Positions 39,871-55,559 of a stretch of 64,000 nt of DNA are shown here, piece by piece. The stretch spans positions 2,565,172-2,629,171 of the forward strand of contig NW_002060945.1 in assembly GCF_000150275.1 (NCBI RefSeq), read 5' to 3'. The DNA is from Trichoplax adhaerens. Lineage: Eukaryota > Animalia > Placozoa. Both the position numbers and the translations under genes were made by a program. The notes below the pieces were generated by a model. The model saw only the letters and a program-made list of their open reading frames with translations. It had not been told where the DNA came from and searched no databases. Each line of letters opens with the position of its first letter. Within the stretch, counting starts at the first letter, position 1.

Positions 39871-42800
39871 ATGGCGGCATGCAAAAATTTTTATAAAACA
39901 ATTCTTAAGTGCATTATGGTAAGCTAAAGAATAAAATTTACTTTATAGCTATCTTCTTGAAAGTACTGTTGATAAGTCTTCTAATGAGATCCAGTTATCT
40001 AATTAAAATTAGCATATTTGAAAACTAGTGGGCTTTTGCGTATTGCGATGTAAGTGCATGTAGTTATAAAGTGATGAATATTTGCAATTCGCCAATATCT
40101 ATTCTTATAGGTCCTAGCCACCCTATATAACCTATCTTTAACTGCGGGTAAAACACCTTATTCAAGTAATAAAATGAAATAGATTAAATAAATTATTACT
40201 GCCTTCAGTTTAAGGAATGATCATAATTTAATCAAAATAATTTAAGATTAGTCTTCTCTTACACGTAGTGGATGAAAAATGTAACTTGCAGTGATTTATT
40301 TATTTAATCTACAATAGATCCTTGCCAGAATTATGATATTTTACGTGACAGGAGTAGATCGGTATTATCAACTTCAAGTCAAAATCAGTTGATATATCGA
40401 TGTGATAACAAACTGACTCATAATTGGTATCGATTTTCTGCTGGAAATGTAAGCCAACAGATAGAAACTAAATGCGTCAAAGGTTATGGAAAGTGCTCTA
40501 CTTTATCAACGGGTTGGATGCGAGGCAGTCATCCAAAAGGTACGGACATATAAACGCTACTTTAACGAAGAGGTATCGAAACAAGAGTTGTTCTTGTAAA
40601 GCTTTACAATTAGCAATTAAATTAGAGTAAGCTTGCCTTTAGTACTTACCTTGAAAGAAAGTAACCTAATTTTAATACCTTTTTAATATCCTTTTGTGTA
40701 TATTCCTCAATGTCCGTATATTCTGATTGGTATCTCTGATCTGCTAGTATCTGATCTAGTGGTTAATAGAACCGTTTGTTTTGGCCTCCCTAGTCAATGT
40801 TGCTTTCTAAATTCTACTATTCAAGTCAAAAACTGTGGCGATTTTATCATTTATCAGCTACCATCAACAAGTAAAATGCCTGTATGTGCTCGTTATTGCT
40901 CAAATGCAGTAGGTAATCTCTTGAATTCAGTTCTAATATCGTATCCGCCGTAGATTTTAATCTTTATTAGGTGAAGTTAGATTTAGATGTCACCAATGTC
41001 TCTTCATCCATAATTTCAGATCACTGCGATCCAAATCCATGTCAACACGATGGTACATGTAGCAGAACTAGTCAGAAGTATATTTGTCACTGTCCAGAGG
41101 ATTTTATCGGTCAAAATTGTCAAATTGGTAATTGTAGCTATTAATGAGTGGCAATTTATAGCAGTACGTTAGCTGCTATTCTAAAGAATGCCTAAACTTG
41201 TATTTAAAATTGAATGATTTAATAGATTTAATCAACAATTTATCTGATATAGCAATCGATCCATGCAAGAGTAATCCTTGTGTTCATGGTGCTTGTAAAG
41301 CAGATGGTCATAACTACCGGTGTCTCTGCTCGAAAGGCTATACAGGAAAGAATTGTAATCTAGGTACGGTATTATTTCCTATCACTTGCCATAGCAGTGG
41401 TAGTCTAAGCTTGAAATAGCGATGCAATTATAAAATAAACAAATCTAATTCCAGTTATTGGTGCTGGTTTTTCAAACTGAACTTAGATATCGATGAATGC
41501 CAGCTCAAAATTTCACAGTGTGCTGATATTTGCATAAATATTCCAGGAAGTTATTACTGTTCATGTAAAAGAGGCAACGCATTATTGCTTGATCGTTATA
41601 CGTGTATAGGTAAAGAAGACAATATGATGAACTTTCCAATACAGTTACATAGCCTTTCTTAATGATATGATATCACTCGAAAATATTTCGATTGTAGATC
41701 CGTGCATATCACATGCAGAGATAAAAGATGTTACAAGATCAGTTACAACATCTCCTGGTTCCACAATACAATGCGATCGTGATATTCTACAACACAATAA
41801 TTTTACTTGGTATCGATTTAATGGTGGCCCATCGAGCCAAATGATGCCTACCACTAAAGTGAGTATGATACGATGTGGCACGGTATCTACGGGATGGCTT
41901 GCACAAATTCATCCTACAGGTAAAAATTCTATTTCAATATCGAAGATATTTCTGTTGATAATCGATCGTCTTTAGCATTGAGTCTAATAGTAATTTAATT
42001 TTTATTTAAGCAATAATCAATGAATATAATATGCTGTGATGACTATAGCATAAATACCCTAAATCTCTCTGGAATAAGTAATATTTAAAGCTTCTGAAAT
42101 GATATTTATCAGTTAGTCAAGGAATCGTCAATGCAACAGTCTGCTTTACATGGGGTCCTAATGATTGCAACTGGAAACAGACCGTTCGCATCAAAAACTG
42201 TGGTAGTTATTATGTCTACCAACTACCTCCTCCACCACGATGTTATCTTCGCTACTGCTCTGATCGCTATGGTACGTAAAAATTTTACAGTTGTCATTCG
42301 ATTACAATTAGTGTATAGATCATCTATGTTTTTTTAATTTAATAATCGCCTAAGTTATAACATAAGGCCAATTATTTCTATTTTTACGATACCACATAGT
42401 TTTTACAAATTAAGTCGGCATAATAGATCTTGTAACTAGATGCAGTGCAGTAAGGTAGTAACGTTAATGAGTTTTACTACGAAGCCTTTACAATTTCGAC
42501 ATCTTTTAGATGATGTAAATGATGATAAATAGATCTATCTAATGATAAGCCTGATCATGCCTATTAATTAAATGCTAGATTTTCTTTGGCCAATATACTT
42601 TTGGTGCTATTCTATAGTGCATGAGTAAATGAAAATTTTGTTTTAATTGCAGACTATTGCAAGCCTAATCCTTGCATGAATGGACATTGTCAGCAAATTT
42701 CATTGGGATTTCACTGTAACTGTTCAGCTGGATATACAGGCAACTATTGTGAACTAGGTGTGATATGCCTTCGTAGTAGTATTTTAAGTACTAGTAAATT

Positions 42801-45800
42801 TATATTCTTTTATAATCTATTTGTAATTCTTTTAATTTTTATGGTCAAGAATAGTTTTGTAATTATTTCTATTTAAATTTTGCATGATAATTTGTCAAAG
42901 CCCTTTGCTTCTTTACGCATCGATAGCTGTTTATGATAATTACAAGATGCAATTGATTACATGATGTTACAGATCGTATCTATCAGCGATTTAACACTTT
43001 CTTGCTACTAATTTTTTTTGCTACTAATTTTTGCTCATTTTGCATTGATAAATTAGATGCAGACTAAATGCTACAGTGATACTTTGCTTTTATTTTGACG
43101 ATATAGATATTAATGAATGTGCTTCTAATCCATGCTACAAAGGAAGTTGTATCGATCATGTTAATAAGTATACGTGTGTATGCCAAAATGGTATAACGGG
43201 TTCACGATGTGATGCAGGCAAGTCATTAGAATAATTATATCACCTTGCTTGAATTGGTAGATTGGTACTTTGCTGAATCATTGCATACATATTTCTATGC
43301 TATTGATAATGGCGGCGTTGGCTAAAAGAGTAATTAATGATATCGATTTTATTTAATGTTAGAGCGGATATACAATCACTTGTTTTAGTCATAAAATTAT
43401 CTAATCTATATCATTTTTAGATATAAATGAATGCTGGCATAATAATGGCGGATGCGAAGGAAAGTGTCATAACGTGGCTCATAGTTATTACTGTAGTTGC
43501 CCAGCTGGTCAGGAACTTGCAGCAGATAATCACTCGTGCATAGGTACTATAATATTTTAAAGTCACAACATTTAATGCAGTTTGCATTTGGATTGTATAA
43601 ACTTAAATATCTTTGCTATAGCCCGTATCAATAATTTAAAATTGTATTTTACATATTCAAGTATAACTTTCAACTATTGATAACATGAGAACAGAACTTA
43701 AAATTAGCTTAAACTATGATCATTTAGAATTTTTATTCGAATTGGTATTTATCATTTCACGCAATTTATGACGAACAAATAACTTATAGATCCCTGTGCC
43801 AATGATACAATACGCTTAAATGACTCCTTAATTACAACACCAAACTTCTTCCAGTTAAATGCTATACGTAATCGTTGCCATGTCATTGCTAGCCAGTCAA
43901 AAACTCCTCCAAGTTGGTATCACAGTTATCCTAATAATAACTGTTCAGCTATTGCCAGATGGGTTAGCACCAATAAAGGCAGTAAGTTCCTACTCCTACA
44001 AACAACAGTTAATCTTAAATGTCGCTGAAATTTTAATTAAAATCTATTTTAAAAATTTGAACTAATGCAATTTCTAGTTTAATTTCTACTATCCTACTCT
44101 TAATTATTAAGCAAAGTTCCATCATAGCTATATTATATTTCCAATGTTTAATGAAATAGACTCGTATTCGCAACCACAAGTATTTTCCTATAATTTGTGT
44201 AACTTTAGAAAATATTAGGAGGTGGTCATTTATGCTTCTACACATTATTGACTTTGAAACATACGCGTACCTTCTATTTCAACCTTTTCTATGGATATAT
44301 GACTTAATATCTGAAATCAATTTCATCATAGGTGGTACAATTAGAAAGTTTTGCTTCCACTTTGGGCTTCGCAGGTGTTCGCTCAAAGTGTCCATTAGAA
44401 TTCATCAGTGTTTGAAATTTATGGCATATAAGTTGGACATACTCTCTGCATGCTATTTGCATTACTGCAGCCACATTCAGGGTAAATTTATTAGAAATGG
44501 ACACCATACTCTAAAAATTTTTGCTACCTTTTGGAAAACACTTTGAAAGTTATTGCATTAAAATAAATTTCCATATATTTCTTCCTAAAAAATCGACATA
44601 TTAGACTCTTGCCATCCAAATCCATGCCAGAATCGTGGTCAATGTCAAACAACTGAAGATGGATATCGTTGCAAATGCCAAGTGGGATATTTTGGAAAGA
44701 ATTGCCACATAAGTAATCAAAATAAAGCTTGAAGATGGTGTGACAAACATGAAATCATCATTCAACATCTTTCATATAACTAGTTGCTCATTTATAGTAA
44801 ATTTACGTATAAACCTTCTATTGAAACAATTTAGATTACTGTTCAAGCAGCCCTTGTCATCATGGTCGTTGTATTTCAGAGCTTGATGGGTATAAGTGCG
44901 ATTGCACTGGAGGATTTTACGGAATCAACTGCCAATTTAGTGAGTTAATTATTTCTGTCTCTAAAAGACAATAAAATGATAAAATATTAAACTCACTAGA
45001 GCCAATAACACTTGAAAGAACATAAAGTATGCATGCAATTCTCCATAGCTACCTTCTATCCTACTAATGACTTATCTAAAGCAAAGCAAAAATGATCTAC
45101 CATCATAGCAGTTAATAGATTATTAAATTGAGTTTCAAAAGGAATCTATTACAGCTATGATATTACAATAATCTCTAAAATGCTTTCCTAGCAGCTTGCA
45201 GATTTAGAACACTATTAGATTTTTATAATCATATATTACTTTCTATGACTAGAATAGTAAGATATAACCAACTAACAAAATTGTGCTTAAATTGCATCAG
45301 CAAATGTAATTTAAATATTTTTGGTTCAATTAACATATAAACATAAAATAACGTGATTTTGAATACAGAAAAATAACATGATTACCAATGTAGCCAATTT
45401 ATGGTTGATGAAATAGCTCAAAATTTTTCAATGTCTTGATAGGTCCTTGCCAGTCTAGTCCCTGTCGATTTGGGCAATGTATCGAAACTGAGAATGGCTA
45501 TCGATGTCAGTGTCCAATTGGATATTATGGAGCCCATTGTGAAAATAGTAAGAAGTTACTGTATATTCAGAAGGCTTTTTACTTCTTTCATGATTAAAAA
45601 TCATATTGTGTAATAATTATTTCTATTTGATGGTTAGACTACTGTCAATCTAATCCTTGTCGCAATGGAACATGTAAAGCTGCAAAAGAAACTTATGAAT
45701 GCCTGTGTAATATTGGATACCATGGAAAATATTGTGAATTAAGTTAGCACAAATGAATATAGTATCTAGATTAAATTTCTTATTTTTAAACGTCTAGTAA

Positions 45801-48800
45801 AACTCTAATAGTATATATTGCCTAATATGATGAGCCAGCTCATTAGTTTTTAGTGGAGAGTAGTTAATTATAAATTTTGACGGTCGAAAAGAAAGACGTC
45901 TATTAATTTAATAAGCTAACTTGAAATCCTTAAACTGATCAATTAAATCGATTTCCGATTGTTATTCAAGGCTATTGTCACCCTAACCCTTGCCTAAATG
46001 GTCAGTGCATTGCAATTCGAAATAATTTCCAATGTCGCTGTGAAATTGGATATTATGGATCAAAATGCCAACTAAGTAAACAGTTCTACTTAATGATGAG
46101 TTGCATTTTCAATTAAATCCTACACTTTGCAAGTCGATAACTAAATTTTTAAGTACGTGTCTAATAAATATACCTATTTTCAGATTATTGTCTACCTAAT
46201 CCTTGCCAAAATGGGGAATGCACGGCGAACCGAACCAGCTTTCAGTGCTCGTGTAATACTGGGCACCATGGAGCAAAATGTCAACTAGGTATATTTCCAA
46301 TTTAAAAGTAATTATACTACAAGGGAACAGGTATAGTTTGGATTCTATTGTAGTACCAATAAAATAAGCTAAAGTGTTATCAAAGACTATTAATTTATGA
46401 TATCACAGTATTAACTTAAATACTATAACTGACAGATCATTGCAAACCTAATCCTTGTCAAAATGGTCAATGTTTGCCACGAGTTAATGGCTATCAGTGT
46501 CTGTGTAGAAAGGGTTACTATGGTATAAACTGTCAATACAGTGAGTCATTTGAACAACAATAAAATAAAATTATTTTATAGCTGATTTTCAGTATTAAAA
46601 TAAAATACCCAATTTTCTTCTATACAAATGTAACAGCTTTGCTTTAAAATCAGATTATTGCAATCCAAACCCTTGTGTTAATGGTCGTTGCTTAGTCCAA
46701 AATGGAAGTTACCAATGTCAATGTCGTAAAGGATATTACGGCAAAATCTGCCAAATGTGTAAGTATTGACATAAAATAAATAATTCCAATCACTAAGAAA
46801 TACTACATATCGTATAATTAATAAATCGTGACTACAGACACATTACCATAAATTTCTGAATAATTTGTAACATCATCAACTACAATATAATCGTAATCTC
46901 GAGGAGACACATGCTAAAATGACTCATTTCTATATTATTTTCACTTTCATTAATTTTAAATATATTTTAATGCCGTATTCACCTGTCTAAGATACCCTTT
47001 AGGCTATAACAAGAGTCCATGATTAATCTCTCTTTGTATATAAAGACCAATAAAAGTTATGTTAATGACAGCAGTCTCGGTAACAAAGATCTTTGAAATT
47101 AAAACTTAAAAACATACGAATAATATAGCTGGTAGTTTATAAGAATCTTGCCTCACTTTCTTGATTGAATATTTATCTGCTATTCCATGATGGTCTTAAC
47201 CTTATTCTCAGTTAACATTAAGTGATGGCTCAGAATTGAGTGATTTTAAATTCTATTATACGCTCTAAGTAGCAAGTCATCAATCACCTTTAATTATTGT
47301 TCTTAGATTATTGTCATCCAAACCCATGCCAATATGGAGTTTGCACTGTTTCCGCGAATGGCTATCAATGCCACTGTAATACTGGATATCATGGAGTTCA
47401 TTGTCAGCTGAGTTGAGTTCAAAGCATTAATTAACAGCTTCATAAGTTTGTTGACTTATTCTATAATCACGTCAAAATATTTTTACGGTGATTAGATTAT
47501 ATATTCTAACTTTTCCACAACTTTGCAGCCGTTAGCATTCATGCAATATCATATGTACTTAAAGAAATTTTGAAATTCTTATTTCCTAATCAATTATTAT
47601 ACCTTATCATGGTAAATTTATAATTAGATTATTGCCATCCCAATCCTTGTCAGTATGGTACTTGTAGCTTAAAGGCAAGAGGATATCTCTGCCGATGTGC
47701 CAATGGATATTATGGAATAAATTGCGAATCAAGTAAGTCTTGTCAGTTAATGCTTCATCGGATAATCATAAGTTAGGCTTATACGAGTATTCAAATACAA
47801 TGACATTTGGATAAAATTTTCGTCCCTATTATTATATTTCATGACTTATTTAAGTAACAAATTCCTCACTTTTAATAAATACTGGACTTGTAGTTACTTT
47901 TCTGTTGTTTATAGTATCGCCTTATCTGACTTATTTTGCTTTTCCGTTTTGATCATTACCGGTGATAGACTATTGTGATTCTAATCCGTGCCATCATGGT
48001 AGCTGTATTTCAATAGCATCAAGCTATATCTGTAGATGCAAGCTTGGTTATTATGGTACCAATTGCCAATCGCGTAAGATGTGATTACTTATCAAATTAT
48101 CTGGTAAATGTAAATTTCTGAAGGACCCACATATTATAGAAATTTGTGCTTCTAATCCATGCATTAACGGCAAATGCATCGTAAATGCCCATGGATATCA
48201 ATGTCAGTGTCAGTCTGGTTATTATGGTGCCAAATGTGAGAAAGGTAATAATGATAAAGACTATCCATAATAAATCGCTGTTTTAACAAAGTTTTAATTG
48301 TAATTCTGCGCTCTTGCGTATCTAAAATATCATCTAGGTCTGTGGTTCACCTCTGTTTTTCTCGCTAATGTTATAAATCTCTACTTAGATTTTGTTAATT
48401 TTGCGTTATAGATTAATCATTATCAGTATTTGTTAAATCAATTATAACTTCACAGAACAAATTTTCATGTTGTTTTCTTTTGTAAACACTTTTTAGATTA
48501 CTGTAATCCTAATCCATGCCAGTACGGCCAATGTCGACGAACTACCAGCGGACATAAATGCACATGTAAAAGTGGTTATTATGGCATAAATTGCGACATT
48601 AGTAAGACTTTTTACTAGAAATTAGACACTTTATAGACTGTATGAACTTGGATGTTAGCTTGAAAGCATCTATATAAAATTTTTATGATGTAATCAATAA
48701 AATGCGATTTACAACACTGGTGTCAATTATAATAATTTTAATAACTCTAAATCTTGTCAGACAGTGCTGCTTCATGTTTCAGCATCGTTGTTCTTATATA

Positions 48801-51800
48801 ATTATAATCGACGTAAATTTTAGAGCAAATTCCATCGTTCATACTATTAGACATTTAAGATTTCTTGAGGCGTTATAAACTTTCAAATGTAAATACTATT
48901 TTTTCAAATCAGCATTAAATTACTATTATACCGTATCAAATCACTTTAAAATGATAGATTAATTGCTATTTGTGACTATAAACTAAGCGCAATAACAGTC
49001 ACCTACTCTACCGTAAATTTCTTCCCATCAATTAAATGATATCATCTTACTCTTCCATACAGATCATTGCCTGCCCAATCCATGCCAACATGGTCAATGT
49101 ATTTCTAATCCAACCAGCTATACTTGCCAATGCAAATCAGGATATTATGGGAAAAACTGCCATTTAAGTAAATTTTATATATATTGTATTCTGAGCAAAT
49201 TCACGATTATTGCACTAGTCAGCTTATTCCTACTATGGTACAATCAGAAATTTAAATAATTTCGCTACTAACTTATAGCATTTACTTATCAAACTTATAT
49301 TAAATTTTTTGACACATTTAAATTGTACAGTTTTACAAACTGTTATTAAATATACATACGATAAATTAGCCTATTACTCATGATAAATAGCAACATTTAT
49401 GACTTTATATTTAGGCTTGATATAATTTAACTGTCTCATAGAATATTGTAGTCCAAATCCATGTCAAAATGGACAGTGTGTAGCTATCGTAAATGGCTAT
49501 CAATGCCGTTGTAGAGCTGGCTACCATGGAATTCATTGCCAATTCAGTTAGTGGATACAATCAAAAAATTAAATCGAATACTTCTATTACACCAGTAAAG
49601 TTTAATATTGTAGCCAAATTTCGTTATTTTCTCAAACAGGTTACTGCAACCCCAATCCTTGCCAAGATGGTCAATGTATTTTACAAAGTAGTGGGTATAA
49701 ATGTAAATGTAATATAGGATATTATGGAAAGAATTGTCAAAGCAGTAAGTTTCCGTTTAGTCTGATAGACTTGCTTACATCTGTTTATAGCAAGTTAAAG
49801 TATTGTAGCTTATTTCAAAATTGCTTATCGTATGTAATAGATTATTGCGATTCTCGACCATGCATTTACGGGAATTGCATTGTAAATGCAAATGGATACC
49901 GATGTCAATGCACTGTCGGCTACTATGGATCAAGATGTCAATATTGTATGATAATCTGAATAATATCTAACACAGATTTTAATTTTTAAAGTAGATCAGC
50001 AAGCTAGTTGTAACAAGTTATTGTGAGTAAGGTGGCAGCTATAACAATTGCAATATCTGTAACGATGGCTGATATTTAAAGTATAATTTCGCCATGTCAA
50101 TGCCTATGAGATAGAACAAAAGCGAAAAATCAGAATGTAAAACTAATTGTAACATACGTTATAATAATCTAGGTATAGCAAATGATTGCAAGTAATAGCA
50201 TAGGGACTGTAGGTAGTTACAGACTATCAAGCACAATAACCTGTACCATACCGTAGTATTAAAGATACTAAACGTTACTTATTTACCGTTATTTATGAAT
50301 AAACCAGAATCATACTTCACATTAGGTATACAATTCATTGTTCAATTAAGTCTTTTTAGTTATAAAATTAGGCTTAATACAACATATGATATTAGTTTGA
50401 TATATGTAAATGTCCTTTATTTCAGATACATACAGACACCTTGTACACTAGAATATCATGAGTAATAGTTCATAAACTAAAAGATAGGATAGCGATATTT
50501 TCGACAAATTCAGAAAATACGAGTAAATTAAAATTTCTAACTTAAATGTACTATTATTTTCAGAGCTTTAGGTTGAGAAATTAACTGATAAGAGGTTGTT
50601 AATACGATATCTAATTAGTGTCATAAAAAACATGCTTGTAGATTACTGTAATCCTAATCCTTGCACAAATGGCCGATGTATAACTCAACGATATGGCTAC
50701 CAATGCAATTGCAATTATGGATACTACGGAACTCGTTGTAAATCGAGTATGTTACGAATACCAGATCATGTGGATATGTTTATTTGCGATAACGCTCAAA
50801 ATAAATTATTCATTCTACAGATTACTGCAATCCAAATCCATGCAGAAATGGAAATTGTCAGCTAACCAGTGAAGGCTACCAGTGTCATTGCTTTACAGAT
50901 TACTTTGGTGCTCAATGTCAGATCAGTAAGAATCTAAATTTTCTCACAAACTAATAGTGTATTAGTATTGGAATTGAAATTTTAATCGAAAACAATATTC
51001 CCAAAGCATGTTAAATAATTACATGTTGTAGTGATATACCTCATATTTGATTATAATGATAGCTATATTTGACATAGTTAGGATACTAAGAATAGGTATT
51101 ATCGTGATACTAATATTAAATGATTGCTAACTAATATATTAGAAATTATTGATGACTAATTATGTTACAAGATTTATATGGCATAATATACTGTAATTGT
51201 GAAGATACTTAACACCAAAGGGTGCTGGACATTAATAGCAGAGTAGTAATATCTTAAGTAGAACGATTCGGATTGTAGAAGATAAAAATGTTTTATTTGA
51301 GGAAAAGTATTCTGCTTGATGTCTCCAGCCTGATTGTAGTTAATTATGTTGTCGTGAATGGATTCAACGAAAGTATTTAAGAACTACAGAGATGAGCTTA
51401 AAGGAGAGAGAAACTTCACTTTACTTTGAGCTCGAAATACTTTAAATATTAGACTAGATTCTTGTAGTAATCAATTATTACTCTACTATTCTTAAAACCT
51501 TATAATAAAAGTCTCTTAGAAAATTTCATTGGTCTAAGACAGTTATTCGTGAGATATTTTTATTGCACATATCCTTCTCATATCTCTTAAGACTTACTAA
51601 ATTTAATGTATGTTAATATATTCTAATTGTTTACATACAGTATTAAAGAGTCATCCAACATATTGAAAAATTTTTATACACCTATGTATTTACGCAAAAT
51701 TTAGAGTCTGATTTGAAGATCATGTTCATATATTTTGTTCGATATCATATAATCGAAATCATCCATTTCTCTATACCACTGTTAGACTATTGCAATTCTA

Positions 51801-54800
51801 GTCCTTGCCAGAATGACGCTACGTGTGTTTCTAAACAAAATCGTTATGAATGTCGATGTAAAGCTGGCTACTATGGAGCTAGATGTCAGTCCGGTAAGCC
51901 CATCGCTTTACTTCATAACAAATGAACACCTTAAAGCAATATATTGAAGATTTTAAATTATTTTTTCCCAAGATTATTGCAATCCTATTCCTTGCCGTAA
52001 TGGTCAATGTCTGCGTCAGCAAAATAGCTACAAATGTAAATGTAATAATGGATTCTACGGAACAAATTGTGAGAAAAGTAAGTTATTTCCGATTATTTTA
52101 TCAAGTCAGAACACTCTTAGAATACTAAGTGAAAGACTTTTTCAACATTTATGGAATATAATAAAGATAGTGTTGCTAGTAGCTTGAAATTAAATAATGG
52201 ATAATTTGCATTTCGACTTTTAGCGTCAATATCGATGACTTAAATTAACCTTGAAAAGGGAATAATAATTTGAACATTACCTAATTTTTTATGATTACTT
52301 TTTTACATCTATTTTTACAGTATCGTTCAGGTTTTGTATACCTGTGAGCAAACCTATATGATAATTTGAACTTCTCTTATATTTTTGTTGTAATTACTTT
52401 TGTTAAATTAATCATGCCGCTGTTTAGCATTTATATCATTACATAAAAATCTATTTCATCAAAATATTAAAGTGCTCGTATATGAGAAATAACTTATTAT
52501 TGAGTAATGATAATAAACATTTATGCCAATAGATTACTGCAATCCTAACCCATGTCAAAAAGGAACATGTGTAGCCAAGATTAATGGCTATCAATGTCAT
52601 TGCCAAACTGGATACTATGGAAATAAATGTCAAAATCGTTAGTTTTGATAGTTCTAATCCCATCGAACTGTTAGTAATATTTTTTACATAACACATCTTT
52701 ATTTCATTTCCTGTTTCACATTTGATTGTAACAGATTATTGTAAGCCCAATAACTGTCAAAATGGTGGTATATGCCAAGCACATAGTAACGGCTATCAAT
52801 GTCTTTGCCGTCCGGGATATCAAGGAAAAAATTGCCAAAATAGTAAGTAAAATTAATACATTTAAAGAAATTCCATTGCAAATACTAAGTAGTATATTTA
52901 GACTAAATGTCTTGAATATTATTTTAGCTGATAACTAGAACAATCCCGTTAGCTGCATAAAAAATCTCTGCGCAATAAATTCAAGCTCGAATAGAGTTGT
53001 GCTTTATAAAAATTACGAGTAGAATTTTCATCCTTAGTGAGTTTTAGCATTCAATATTGACATCGTTATATGCTCATGTTTGAAACCGTGATTGCTGTGT
53101 AGCTGAAATAACTATCTTTTGGGACTATATTAACACATCTAAATTACTTTGTACTTTCGACTTTCAATACTCGTAATGTGGTCTTCATAGTTGCAGCGAT
53201 TCTGAGCTTATAATAATTACTTAGACTATTGCAAGCCTAATCCATGTAATGCTGGACTGTGTACATCGAACGCCAATGGTTTCCAATGTTTCTGTCAGAA
53301 AGGATTCTATGGAAATCGGTGTCAATTTCGTTAGTTTATGATCTAGTTTACGTGACTGATTGGTTTAGCTTCTTTTCGCCATTGCTAAAGTAGTAACTTA
53401 ATTTATTTCAACTATTTTCAGATTACTGCGAACCAAATCCCTGTAGAAATGGTGGCGGATGTGCCTACCTTAACAACGGTTATCGGTGCCTTTGTCGTGC
53501 AGGATATTATGGAAAGAATTGCGAAAATGGTAAGTAAAAGATATTTCTTTCCAGATAAATATTTATAAACATTACTCTAAAGCTTTCTCATGTTTTCAAG
53601 ATAATTGGAAAGAATTCTATCTGTTGCAATAAGTGTCTTTGTTAATTGCTCACATCTAAATATAATTACTTCCACCAGCACCTTGTTTGCCTAACCCTTG
53701 TAAACATGGAATATGTCGAGTGAATAAAGATTACAAGAGTTTTGTCTGTGTTTGTAACTTTGGTTACTACGGAAAAACTTGCCAAAATAGTAAGTTTTTT
53801 AAGATTCCTCTAGACAGATCTACACCAGTGCCATATCACCCTAATTTCATGACGGCTGCGATGGAAATTTTGATGTAATTTGGAATTGGCTAGATAGCGA
53901 GTAGGCTGACTATATATCAGCTAGTCATTAGGCAAAGTGAATATTCAAATAATTTTTACTTATCTTTTGCGTATAAACTAGGACTAACTTTCTCTTTAGA
54001 GCAAATTGTTACTATAATTTATGCAATTTATTGCGAAATAGTTTAGCTTGAAGACTAAGTAATCTTTAGTAATTTTCCAGAGCCGTTTAAAAGTGCTCCA
54101 TTCTTCACTGATCGTTATTAAGCATACTCTACGCATTGAATAGATACATGTTTTAATACCGTAGTTACTCAATGCTCTGCTAATTTTATGCATCGTGATT
54201 GGAATCATTCAACCACAGGTTTTTGTAATCCTAATCCATGCAAAAATGGTGGCAGATGTATTGCCAGCAGGACTAGCTATATTTGTCAGTGTAAGGCTGG
54301 ATTATATGGTCGTATTTGCGATAAAGGTATAATAAATCAAAATTTTAAATTCACACTGAAGGTGAAATCTTTTGAATTAATGTTAGATTCAACAGTGAAA
54401 GATTAAATAATTTTGTAGTGATTTCAGCTAATTACAGCAGTTTTTGTGTAGGTAATACAATGATAGCATGTACTGTAGAACTAGGGCTAAGAACCCGTAC
54501 ACTACAAATTTCAATCCTATGAACTCATAAATCTGATTTATCATCGTCTTATACTAAGATTATTGTAAGCCTAATCCTTGCCGTCATGGAAAATGTATTG
54601 CTTTCGGTAACAAATTTCGATGCCAATGTAATCGCGGATTCTATGGACTTAAATGTGAAGAATTAATAAGTGGTAAGTTACCAGATCAATTTCATCTTAT
54701 AGTTTATTAAAGTATTGATACTTTGCTGATATTTTTATGATCTAACAGAAGTAAGAAATTGCTAAACCAGTAGTATGCGAGGCTTAGTAGATTTAGCTAG

Positions 54801-55263
54801 TATTAATGTTTGTTAATGCAAAATGTTCTACCAGTATCGCGCAGTGGATTATAAGATACCTGATAAGTCACTCATTTAATCTATCCTCATCACCTTATAA
54901 AAATGCAATACATGAGTAACAGGTTACTATTATAGTTACCCTCTACCGAAGTTATTGATGAATAATAATCCGCTTAGGCCTTGTCTAGGTGCCCGCTTTA
55001 CTATACTAAATTATGTGATAGAGTATTACTTGAATTATACCAAAAGCAACATAAGTATATAAATTATTTTACTCATCTGTCAGAGGTATAAAATTGAGCT
55101 ATTTATATTGGAAGTTTATAAAGCTGCTGTAAAAAGCTGATACATAATAATTTCTCTATTAAGATAGAGCAAAATATTCATCATCATGCCTTATATCATT
55201 TCTATACATATAACAATTTTAGACATACCATGCATCAAGAAACCAATCAAGATTTGCCCGTAG
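39871..55263 (+). CDS. Gene D: secreted D10C/D8C plus multi-EGF protein (~1628 aa; SP-D10C-EGF2-cbEGF-D8C-EGF-cbEGF2-divergent D8C-EGF28-short tail)
   Basis: Signal exons 39871-39918 and 40111-40147 (48 and 37 nt, same sizes as gene C). D10C 40318-40539 + 40748-40912. EGFs start at 41020, 41253, 41487. D8C 41698-41919 + 42113-42271. EGFs start at 42653, 43107, 43421. Divergent domain 43790-43981 + 44332-44481. Twenty-eight EGF exons of 105-114 nt from 44605 to 54672 (consensus DYCxPNPCxNGxCxxxxxGYxCxCxxGYYGxxCQ). Terminal exon 55223-55263 ([13 protein letters not shown]). Confidence 0.87.
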
Positions 55264-55559
55264 CAATTTCATTTTTGATCCAACTCTTGAAGGAAACCCG
55301 AAATTTAAGTGTAGTTGATCTAGGATATAATCATTATCAAATCTTTTGCAATATTCACATCTCGATAAATTACATCATAAAACAATTTTGAGTAATAGAA
55401 ATAAGATGAAATCTTGTAATAATTTGTGAAGTATTAATTAATCCTTTAGAATATCATTATAATTGTATACATAATTTTTTTAAGCCTAATATGAAAAGGA
55501 TGCTAATAAATTTCAATAGAACAATCGCCATAAATGCCCTGTTTCTTTCCTTAAATATT

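Noticed and set aside
44605-54672. Regular repeat/spacer pattern suggestive of a CRISPR-like array
   Set aside because: The repeats are ~105-nt coding exons with AG/GT borders and codon-level variation, and the DNA is eukaryotic.
8231-55263. Assignment as Notch, Crumbs, fibropellin, uromodulin or OIT3 orthologues
   Set aside because: No LNR, ankyrin, laminin-G, CUB, avidin, ZP or transmembrane exons were found. Only the EGF and D8C modules are shared, so no gene symbol is given.
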